Assembly (NCBI GenBank): GCA_002256025.1
Contig: NKIB01014085.1
Span: forward strand, 1-47,832
DNA from: Asterionella formosa
Taxonomy: Eukaryota
Length of the DNA: 47,832 nucleotides
Reading direction: 5' to 3'
Below, in pieces: positions 23,078 to 32,148 of this stretch. The notes under the pieces were generated by a model. That model worked only from the letters and a program-made list of their open reading frames with translations, did no database searches and had not been told where the DNA came from. Every line of letters starts with the position of its first letter. Position 1 is the stretch's first letter. Made by a program: the position numbers and the translations under genes.

Positions 23078-24508
23078 ATGTCATCCTCCATCAAGATCCT
23101 AGAGTTCGACAACGACGATGGACATGGACAACCTTGTCGCGAGGTCAACATTTCAGATCATGGCATGGCATCAAAACGAATCTTTCCGTCCGCCACGAAC
23201 CGCAGTCAGTCGACTTCATCAGCCCAAGAATGGCTGCATTACTACTTTGTAACAGTCCCTTCACGAGTGACTAGGGACCTCTTCCTTCCTTTGGGGTATC
23301 CACATTCAGTGGGAAAGGAATACATGACGTATCAGATCTGCGACTCACTCCAGGGGTTGTGCTCCTACCTTCGTGGTGTCGTCGCGACGAGCGCTGTTTT
23401 GAAAGCGGCAGGGGTGGGGAATGCCAACGCAACTGCGATGAGTGCCGCTATGACTTGGGCAATGCGAGATGGACTAGGAATGGTAGGAGGCTTGACGTTT
23501 TCATACTGGACCTCGTCGCTTTTTGATGCCCATGTCAAGGAATTCCGACTGTTTGCTGATATCATCAATGATGTGGGCCTGACCCTTGACATGCTGGCAC
23601 CCTATGCCGGATCTGAAAATGTTTTATACATTACGAGCTTGGCCATGATTTGCAAAGTCATGTGTGGAATTTCAGCTGGAGCGACGAAAGGAAGCATCAC
23701 TCAACATTTTTGTAGAAAAGGGAATATGGCAGATTTAAACGCCAAAGAAGGGACGCAAGAGACGCTTGTATCACTCATAGGTATGCTATTTGGGATTGCA
23801 CTCGCAAAATATCTGCAAGGAATGGAGCAAAGGGATAAATCCATGGCAACAGCACTGTCATGGACAATATTTAATACTCTGACACTTGTCCACGTCTACG
23901 TTAACTACATTGGGGTCAGGGCACTCCGCCTGCGCACATTGAACCAAGAACGGACTAAGGTTGTGTTGACTGGCATCATCAAGGCAGTTGCAGAACAATG
24001 CATGGAAAATAGCACCGACAAGGACACAGCAAAAACGTGCATTCGGAATCTCCCCTCACCTGAGGAAGTAAACGAGTCTTTGGTTGCATCAACGTCAACA
24101 CTCCTATTCCCTGGAAACGTTCGGCTTGGATATCCAATCGACAGGGCACTACGACATCTCAGCACCAGCGACACAAAGTTTTTACTAGAAGACGAATTTA
24201 GAGACGAAAAATACATTGTGACAGTTGACGGCAAATATATTTACACTTCGCTAAGAGTTGGAGCGAAGGAAATTGACGAGTTGAAAGCCTTTCTCCATGT
24301 GATGATAATCCGCTTTTGCCAAACATCAGGGGTAAATGCATCGGTCTTGGTCATCAGTCAAACTCATCAGACATTAAATTTTTTGTTTGATGGCGAAAAC
24401 TGTTTGACGTTGGAGGTGCTCGGCAGTGCTGGTTGGGATGTTGAGAATCGACTGTTTCTTGGTTTTGGACGCTGCCGCTTTCAAGATTCTTCATCAAAGG
24501 CTGAATAG
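23078..24508 (+). CDS. RUS1/ROOT UVB SENSITIVE family (DUF647) protein
   Basis: FLPLGYPHSV..EY..YQ..DSLQ..CS, W..RDG.GM.G, K.FRL.AD..ND, and HF...NMADLNAKEG.QET, LRTLN..R motifs. Confidence 0.9.
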   Translation: MSSSIKILEFDNDDGHGQPCREVNISDHGMASKRIFPSATNRSQSTSSAQEWLHYYFVTVPSRVTRDLFLPLGYPHSVGKEYMTYQICDSLQGLCSYLRGVVATSAVLKAAGVGNANATAMSAAMTWAMRDGLGMVGGLTFSYWTSSLFDAHVKEFRLFADIINDVGLTLDMLAPYAGSENVLYITSLAMICKVMCGISAGATKGSITQHFCRKGNMADLNAKEGTQETLVSLIGMLFGIALAKYLQGMEQRDKSMATALSWTIFNTLTLVHVYVNYIGVRALRLRTLNQERTKVVLTGIIKAVAEQCMENSTDKDTAKTCIRNLPSPEEVNESLVASTSTLLFPGNVRLGYPIDRALRHLSTSDTKFLLEDEFRDEKYIVTVDGKYIYTSLRVGAKEIDELKAFLHVMIIRFCQTSGVNASVLVISQTHQTLNFLFDGENCLTLEVLGSAGWDVENRLFLGFGRCRFQDSSSKAE

Positions 24509-26298
24509 TAAAATGTTGAAAGAACACCGTTTTGATTCCACTACAAGTTTATGCTTTTTTCTCTTAAGAAATATTGCAAACTCCAATGGTAAACTTTACT
24601 TGGCCCCAAAATTGTGAAATAATTACCTTCTTGTATTGTCTGTTGATGAATGGTACAACCAGTGCCTAGTGCTCATTATAACAAAACCTAAAGCTTCATA
24701 CAGCTGATTCAAAACATATATATTTCAAGAGAAGAAGATTTACCCTTGTGTTTGGGAATTGATTGATGCTCCAAAGTGATACAGCAACAAATGAAATCAC
24801 AATCACCTCCCTTTCTGCGTTTCCATAATTCATGAAATACATTGCAGACAAACTCAATTGTGGCGGCTACAGCCCTCCTTTTGATTCCCTGAATTTCTGA
24901 ATCTGGTTTCAAGCCAGATGAGCATAGCAGCACTCCATGTGGCTGGAGGTAATCATGCCTAAGAAGTCAATAGTACCTTGAAACAGCCATTTCATTGACA
25001 AGTGCCAATATGGATCAGTTTTATTTTGATAGACTCTGGCAAAGTTCCAATATCTCGTGATAGCGTCAACTTTAATGAAAATATTTGAAGAAGATGAGAC
25101 AGTAAACGAAAATTTGACTCAATCCTCAACAAACTAAAATAGCATCCTGAAATTATAATGGAAATAGTATGAAATTGTAGAGAATTTACCAAAAATCAAA
25201 AGTTGATACTTGGAAATTGAACAGTTGATACTACTCCAAAATACTTACATGATGTAACTTTCACAACAGAAGGTTGTATGGTGATAGTAATGTATTTGAA
25301 ATTGCATTGAAATTGAAATTGATTCAGATGTATGCATTTTTGAAACACTTGGTTATAGCTGATGCCAGTTGCGAACCATGAAATACATAGCATATTAGAA
25401 AATCTCAGAAATTCTCTATCGCTGAGTATATAATATTAATATTTGTCTATATCCTAATAATCCATGATGCAACATAACCAAATACTTGATCATTTTGTTG
25501 CTTTCTTGTTTTTGCATTCTGTTATGTCATAATCCCATGTTATCCATAAACGGAAGTAATTTATTCATATTTTGTTGCGCTGATCTCTATTACGTTTGTC
25601 GCCAAGGGGCGCCATGCGTTCTATTCTATCCCAGCACTATCGATTTAAGGCACCATAAAAATGAAGTTATATTATTGTTACTAGTAGTGTTCCCATTTTC
25701 AATTTTCTGCAAAGCCATGAACATTATATCCGAAGCTGCTGCACTAGTAGTTTGTTCACTCTTCACCAGCACAGAACTGAATCACGTGGAAATGACCATA
25801 ACAGACAGCGGGAATCATCAAGCAAGCAGACACAGTCTAATAAACAGAATTGGTATCGAAGGGGGGATGTTGAAAAAGATCCACAATGAAATGAGCGGCT
25901 GAATATGATCCAGCAACTAATTGAATTGAAACTATAGGTAATGCAGTTTGCATGAAGCATTGGTGAATACTGCTCCATAGTATTAGATTATAGCTATAGA
26001 TGGGAATATTCCATACATGGAGCAGAATAGGAAGAAGTAAGAATGACACGAAAAAGGGTTGAAATAGCAATATAAAGCAAGTTACAATGATTATTGGGAA
26101 CCATGTCAGCCTGGGTTTGTCGAATCTCTATTGCGTTTGAAGTTGGCTCTAATTGGTACTGATAAAGAGCTTCAGTTCATAATTGTAGAGTTTTTATAGT
26201 AGGTTTTCCATGATGTTCATATCAATATCATAATAACTCAACCAATACCCAGAGTATGGTCCCTCCCAGGTATATGTAGACAGACTTACAGTGCATTT

Positions 26299-27441
26299 TT
26301 AACCTTGAATATTGAGTCCATATCCAAAACTGTACTTGCTTTGCAAATGATCCATGTCCGCACTGAACTTTAGGGTTGGCGCCCCTTGTCCCATGCCCAA
26401 GTTAGCTTCCACCACACTCACAATCCTTCCCGAACCATTGGCCATTAAGGAGACTTTGGAACGTGTAAAGTTAAATTCCCCTCCCAACAAGAAGGTCCCA
26501 GTTGGATTTTGCGCCCCCACCTGAAGTTCCGACCCTAGCGTGACCCGTCCCGGCGTCACCACTCGTTTGTAGGATGCTGTCAACATGGCATTGTTGGGTT
26601 CAACTTGTACGTACATGGTAGATGAGGGCTCGCTGTCCCTAGGTTTTTTGATTTCCTTGACAGTTAGGGTTTCCTCGCCACTCTTTGCTGGCATTGTATA
26701 CTTGAAAGAATATGAATGTTGAAAGCGTCCCTCTCGTCCATCCCAAGTAGCTTCTGCGCCAGCTGCCAATCTCTGAGTAATGCCCTGAAAGTAGTTGGTA
26801 CCCCATTGAAGACTACCACCCATGACCCCGTATTTCAAGTTTCCGGTCCAGGTCGTCCCACCAAAGTCCAAATCAGCCAAGCATACGTCTTGCGATGCAT
26901 CCTTGTTTGCCATGTTCATCTGAATCATGAGTTTCCCCATGGCGGCCCCACCCAGCATGGGAGCCATGAGTCGTCCCATCATCATGCCGTTGTCAATATC
27001 CATGCGACTGAGTGCAACATATCCTTCTTCCGACGCGACTTGCACCATGAAGGTTCGATTGTACGTGGCGCCTGTCATTGGGTCAGCAGCGCCGAGGGCG
27101 AATGAATAAAAGCATGCCATGAATGGCGATAATTGTTTGGCAATGTCAAAGCGGAGACCCTCCTTGGCGTCCAGCATGACAATGTTCTTGACGTCGTTGG
27201 CGAAGTGTTCGAGAGGGCCGGGGTTGGTGATAGCAGAGACAGACTCTGCAGCGGCTTGGATGGCATCAGCGGGAGGAGCGGACGCTGCTTCAGCGGGTGG
27301 AGCCGCCCCTGCTAGAGGCGGAGGGGCTGGGGGAGTTGCGTCGCAAGCTGTCGTGGTGGAAGTCAAAAATTTGCTCGTCCATCGTTGCAGCTTTTCTGAT
27401 TTGTGCTGTTGCTGCTGATGTATTGACTGAGAAGAACCCAT
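26299..27441 (-). CDS. TOM40: Mitochondrial outer-membrane translocase channel Tom40
   Basis: P/A-rich N-terminus, NPGP.E...DVK and EGLRFD..K.LSP motifs, alternating beta-strand pattern, C-terminal FSADMDH...YSFGYGLNI beta-signal. Confidence 0.85.
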   Translation of the reverse strand: MGSSQSIHQQQQHKSEKLQRWTSKFLTSTTTACDATPPAPPPLAGAAPPAEAASAPPADAIQAAAESVSAITNPGPLEHFANDVKNIVMLDAKEGLRFDIAKQLSPFMACFYSFALGAADPMTGATYNRTFMVQVASEEGYVALSRMDIDNGMMMGRLMAPMLGGAAMGKLMIQMNMANKDASQDVCLADLDFGGTTWTGNLKYGVMGGSLQWGTNYFQGITQRLAAGAEATWDGREGRFQHSYSFKYTMPAKSGEETLTVKEIKKPRDSEPSSTMYVQVEPNNAMLTASYKRVVTPGRVTLGSELQVGAQNPTGTFLLGGEFNFTRSKVSLMANGSGRIVSVVEANLGMGQGAPTLKFSADMDHLQSKYSFGYGLNIQG

Positions 27442-28804
27442 TGTTCAGAAGGAGTGCAGTTGTGATATGCTTGTACTGTTCTGCCACCGCTTCGAACAGT
27501 CTATAGTTGATTGTGCTTTGTTGTGACAAACTTGTATTATCCATGAAACAAATATTCGATGATTCATGATGACGAGAGGAGCATAGAAACGTATACCTAC
27601 CGGTAGTACTACCGGTAGTTCTATGGTATGATTTAGTATTCCGGTATAATAAAAAATAAACATCTATGATAATTACATTTAGTATGCCAGTAATGTAGTT
27701 TGTATATACTAAATACTTTATAAATACATATATGTGTATGATACCGGTAGTCCATTGTGGAAAATTACTACAACTACCGGCAGATCAAGGTTACCAGCTA
27801 CCCTGGTACCTGGTAGTTACTCCTACGTATTCTATTGTTATGCACACTGTACTGCACCATAATATATGCAGATATATTTATGCCGGGCGGAGTGCAGATC
27901 ATGTACCGGTAAGTAGGAGAATGGGATCCTGGAAGTTTGTACGTACTGCCTACATACCGATATTCATGCATAAGCAAGCTATAAAGAAAAATGGAGTAGA
28001 CTACCAGTAGCGTATACCGGTAGCAGTACCAGTATGCTTATCTATATATTTACATCAATATGAAATAATGGGCGGTATCATATTATGATGGATGACTAGG
28101 CGGACAATGGGCAGAGCGGTTGGCCTTTGTTCCAGTCGTTCCTGCTTCTTTCTTGGTTGTGTGTGGTGCACGCAGTACCTTGTACCTGGTTCCTAGTAGC
28201 TGGTAGTAGTTTTTCAAGAACAGCTCTACATGATCTTAATACTGGTATTCGACCAATCGTACCGGAATTCTAAACGTGACGACATCAACATGTGACTATG
28301 TATGATCTACCGGAATGTATTTTGCTTTTATAATACCTGGTACCAGGTACCAGGTACCAGATACTCTCTAGTGTAGACTGGGTGGGTAGTCTAATGGGTA
28401 CAGTGCCTGGGGGTCCCAGTATGTATCCTGGTAATCTAAATGATAATCTGTTTTATAGTCCATTCCTACTCCCCTTTCTCAAGGCAAGTATTCATTGTGC
28501 TGCCTGCCGACAAGACCCCAACTAACTACTGTAAGCCATTCCCTTGATATCCTGGTAATCTAATATGGACTACGGTATATATTTATATTACCGGGTGGTA
28601 TATGGTTTTCTTTTATCATTATAAAACCCTATTGGTAGGTCCACTGTAATTGATGTCGCCTGGATTTTTCTAGCCACCAATACTTATATCTACGTGATTT
28701 TCACTCCCTAAAATATCTGAATTAGAGCGAAGTTACAAAACAGGTGTGTTCCTTTCAACAGCAGTGATGATAATAATGGTGATAAGCAGAATGAAAAAAG
28801 ACTT

Positions 28805-30418
28805 CTACAAAAAATCTCTAGTAGTATTCACAGTTGGGTTTGGCAAAACAGCCACAACCAATGGTTCCTCTTCTGTCTGTGATCCAATTCCATCTAACCA
28901 TCCCATAAACACCAATGGATACAAGGATGACAAATTGCAAATGATTGTCAATAGTCCCAAATTATCAAAATTATCTTCTGTGACACCCAAAGCCTTGGTT
29001 AACAGGGCCCCCACTTCTGTCCCAACTGTAGAAGCACCATTAAACAGACTCATTAATGTTGCAAATAAAACAGCTTCTACACCTGGTGGACACAATTTGG
29101 CTGCCAGCACCAATGTAGGCAAAAATGCCACTTGTCCCAAAATGGCCAATACAACATCGTCACCCAAGACAAAGACACCATCTGGAATCCCCAAGGCTCG
29201 ATTGGTATGTGTGATGAGTAGGAGGGATGTCAAACCAAGTGGAGTGGAAATGATGCTCGACCAAAACAAAACTGTTTTTATAGGAACATTCCGTAGGTAC
29301 TGTTGATACACCCACACTCCCACCAAACCAGCTGCTGATGTGATTAGTCGGACACGACCTAAAAATTCTGGCCCCATCCCCAGATCGTTTGTCATGAAAT
29401 ACAAAAAAGCGCCATCAGATGTGGGCGTCGATTGCCAAAGAAACAAAAATAAAGCAGGTTTGTAAATGGCAGGCTCCTTCAGGGCAGACCACAGATCCTG
29501 TATTTGCTCTCGTACTACGTTTTTGATCGGCCCAACAATGCGTTCTTCCTCCGTTAACAAGGAAATAAGTGTGACTACAAATGGCAAAATGGCTGTAAGA
29601 CCAAATACCTGGCGGGGCGTCAAAATCTCTAACAAGCTTCCTGAGAAATAGGCACTTAGCAAGCCCCCCGCCGCCGCAGACCCCCAACATAGGGATTGCA
29701 GTCCACCAGCGTTGCTCGGCGACTTTCGTGTCAATTCCACCACCATTCCGTCCGCCACAACATCGGAGCACGCCACACAGGCGGATGCCAAAAGCAAGGA
29801 TACAACTGTGGTGGTAATGTCTCGTCCACCCAGAGCGACAGATGTGTATGCGAGACTCCCGAGGATGCCACATAGGACTAAATAAGAGCGTCGCTTGTAG
29901 CCAAAGAGTGGCAAGCCATCAGATAGGAATCCATACAGGGGTTTAATGGTCCAGGGCAAGGCGAATATTCCAGTCAGGGCGCTCATTTCTGCAGGTCCGA
30001 GATGCAATTCGTCTTTTAGTAAGAACGTTTGCGCCAGACGAGCGAGTCCAAGTGCTCCTTCGACGAAGTAAATTGTCATAACGGCAACAATGGAAGGTGT
30101 CGGCTGGATTCCAAGGAAAAGTGAGTCTTTGTAGTTTGATAGGAACGACAGAGAATTTTTTTCTACATGTTGCTTCCTGATATCTTCCTTATCCAATGTT
30201 GCAGTAGGTTGCTCGTCGCTGGGGGAAGTGAAGAGGGGAATATTGTGGTCGGACCTCTTTGTGCGCGACTGTAACTTGAGTCGCTTCAATTTCCTATCAA
30301 AGGAACAGACGCTGCCACTGCATTTTATAGAAGAGCTAGTTAAGCCTCGTGCTGATCGGAATTTGCAAGAAAGCTGAAGCAGTTGTAGTAACAATATTCG
30401 AATCGCATTCGTCCTCAT
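28805..30418 (-). CDS. Folate-biopterin transporter (BT1 family, MFS), probably plastid-targeted
   Basis: IYFVEG.LGLARLA..F.LKDELHLGPA, LPWTIKPLYGFLSDG.P.FGYKRRSYL, SDVVADG, LQSLCWG, CPPGVEA.LFA.LMS. N-terminal signal-like and transit-like extension. Confidence 0.92.
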   Translation of the reverse strand: MRTNAIRILLLQLLQLSCKFRSARGLTSSSIKCSGSVCSFDRKLKRLKLQSRTKRSDHNIPLFTSPSDEQPTATLDKEDIRKQHVEKNSLSFLSNYKDSLFLGIQPTPSIVAVMTIYFVEGALGLARLAQTFLLKDELHLGPAEMSALTGIFALPWTIKPLYGFLSDGLPLFGYKRRSYLVLCGILGSLAYTSVALGGRDITTTVVSLLLASACVACSDVVADGMVVELTRKSPSNAGGLQSLCWGSAAAGGLLSAYFSGSLLEILTPRQVFGLTAILPFVVTLISLLTEEERIVGPIKNVVREQIQDLWSALKEPAIYKPALFLFLWQSTPTSDGAFLYFMTNDLGMGPEFLGRVRLITSAAGLVGVWVYQQYLRNVPIKTVLFWSSIISTPLGLTSLLLITHTNRALGIPDGVFVLGDDVVLAILGQVAFLPTLVLAAKLCPPGVEAVLFATLMSLFNGASTVGTEVGALLTKALGVTEDNFDNLGLLTIICNLSSLYPLVFMGWLDGIGSQTEEEPLVVAVLPNPTVNTTRDFL

Positions 30419-30903
30419 GGCGGTGGAAAGAATAAATGGTGTGGCCCTTTCTCATCCTTTGCATAATTCACTCACCTGAGTTTTTGGAAGATGCTGCTCA
30501 TCACGGTCGTCCGACGAACGAGATGACCATGGGAACCACCACGTGGTCTGCGACCGTTAATCGTGCGTTTGCTGTTTTCGGCGCGCCATTTTTGAACCTG
30601 CAAAACGGGTAAACAACCGTTTCACTTGGTGCTGACAGTTTCTACCCGGTAATAAATTTCATTTCAGGGATACCAGTACCGGTAATAGCCTCTCCCGTTA
30701 AATTTTTCATGATGAATGTAAATGGACACGGTCGACACAGTCATCGTCATGCGAGCATGAGCTGTGTATCATAATCATTCTGCCTCTTGAAAGGTTTCCA
30801 TTGTGAGCAGACCGTCTCACTAAGAGAGCGAGTACTTTGTTTTCCTCGCATCCTTCGCGTTTTCCACTGCAAGGACAACAGATACTTCAGTAGCGACATC
30901 ACC

Positions 30904-32058
30904 ATGTCAGAAGCAAACAACAATAGCTTGAGCTTGGCTAATGCCAGCAATGGCAATGACAATGACAATGATAAAATCATAAGCGACTGCATCAACAACA
31001 GTAACAAAATCGACAACGAAAGTAACACGAACGGCGACAACAGAAAAAGCGACAATAACAAAAAAGAGAGTAGCATCAGCAACGTCACCATCAACAAAAG
31101 CGAGCAAAGCCCAGCTCCCCCCAATAACACCGCTCCGCCCCACTCGCGGCCAGCAGTCGTTCCCTCCGCCGTTGCACCATCCAGCAAACTTCCAGGGAAT
31201 GTTCGTCTCTTGGCATCCAAGCCTCCACTGGCGCCACCATCTGCCAAACGCTCGCTACCCATGGCTAGTGCCTCCAACAGCGCCCCGGTCGTTGCGGGCC
31301 AAAAGCCAACCAAACGCGCGAAGCGGCAGAAACCTCAGGAGCTTCGATCCACTGTCACCACAACAACAGTTACAGCAGCCACTCCTGTCAATGTCTATGA
31401 CGCTGTCTTGGGCGAAGCCCAAGACTTACTGGGTGCCGCACGTCAAGCCCAAGCGCTCGGTAGGCTCAAAATGGCATCCGCCTATCAGTTGCTCCTCCAT
31501 GCTCGTTTGGTGGGGCTGGGAAAGCGATTCGACCGGGCTCCCGCGGTAGACACAAATACTCCCAGTCCACCTAGTCCGCCCACGCCAATGCAGCCACAGA
31601 ATCCCATCAATGATTTGGCCAAATTTTTGCCAGAGCACATTGAACTGGATTCAGCGATGATGGAGCACTTGGCAAGGGCTGCCATGGAATTGCAGGCACA
31701 ACGTACGGGACGGAAGATCGCATCAGATACTCATTTGCAGCAGTCCTCTCCGGCGACAGGGATTGCATGGACAGAGGCAGAGCAGATGCAAATCAAGGCG
31801 CTGATGCAGCTGGGAAAGAACGATCCAGCGGATTTAGCTGCCAATTTCACGACTCGTAGTGAAGCGCAAATTAGATCGTACTTGAAGCAACAGCAGAGCA
31901 GGCTCAAGGCGGCACAAGGAGTAGAGGAGGAAGTTGATGATGGGTTGGAAAGTCCGAGGAAGAAGGGCAGGGGACGCAAACCGCCGACGCAAGCCATGAA
32001 TACAGTGCCGAATGCTAAATTGGATATTATGAACTTATTGCATGCCAAGGAACTGTAG
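30904..32058 (+). CDS. Single SANT/Myb-like domain nuclear protein (~384 aa)
   Basis: WTEAEQ.QI..LMQLGKND...LAANFTTRSEAQIRSY resembles one Myb/SANT repeat. N-rich and P-rich N-terminus; basic RKKGRGRKP near the C-terminus. Confidence 0.72.
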   Translation: MSEANNNSLSLANASNGNDNDNDKIISDCINNSNKIDNESNTNGDNRKSDNNKKESSISNVTINKSEQSPAPPNNTAPPHSRPAVVPSAVAPSSKLPGNVRLLASKPPLAPPSAKRSLPMASASNSAPVVAGQKPTKRAKRQKPQELRSTVTTTTVTAATPVNVYDAVLGEAQDLLGAARQAQALGRLKMASAYQLLLHARLVGLGKRFDRAPAVDTNTPSPPSPPTPMQPQNPINDLAKFLPEHIELDSAMMEHLARAAMELQAQRTGRKIASDTHLQQSSPATGIAWTEAEQMQIKALMQLGKNDPADLAANFTTRSEAQIRSYLKQQQSRLKAAQGVEEEVDDGLESPRKKGRGRKPPTQAMNTVPNAKLDIMNLLHAKEL

Positions 32059-32148
32059 GGTCGCAATTTATTGGCAGCCTAATTACCTAAATGAAATCAA
32101 TTGACTATAACAGTCGGTTCGCTCATCAAATCGAAGTAGCATCTCACC

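Noticed and set aside
24620..26250. Short ORFs and a possible intron in the AT-rich spacer between RUS1 and TOM40
   Set aside because: No coherent reading frame, family motif or terminal repeats found.
28424..28563. Direct repeat TATCCTGGTAATCTAA flanking ~110 bp as a possible target-site duplication
   Set aside because: The enclosed sequence has no terminal repeats or poly(A), so it cannot be distinguished from a local duplication.
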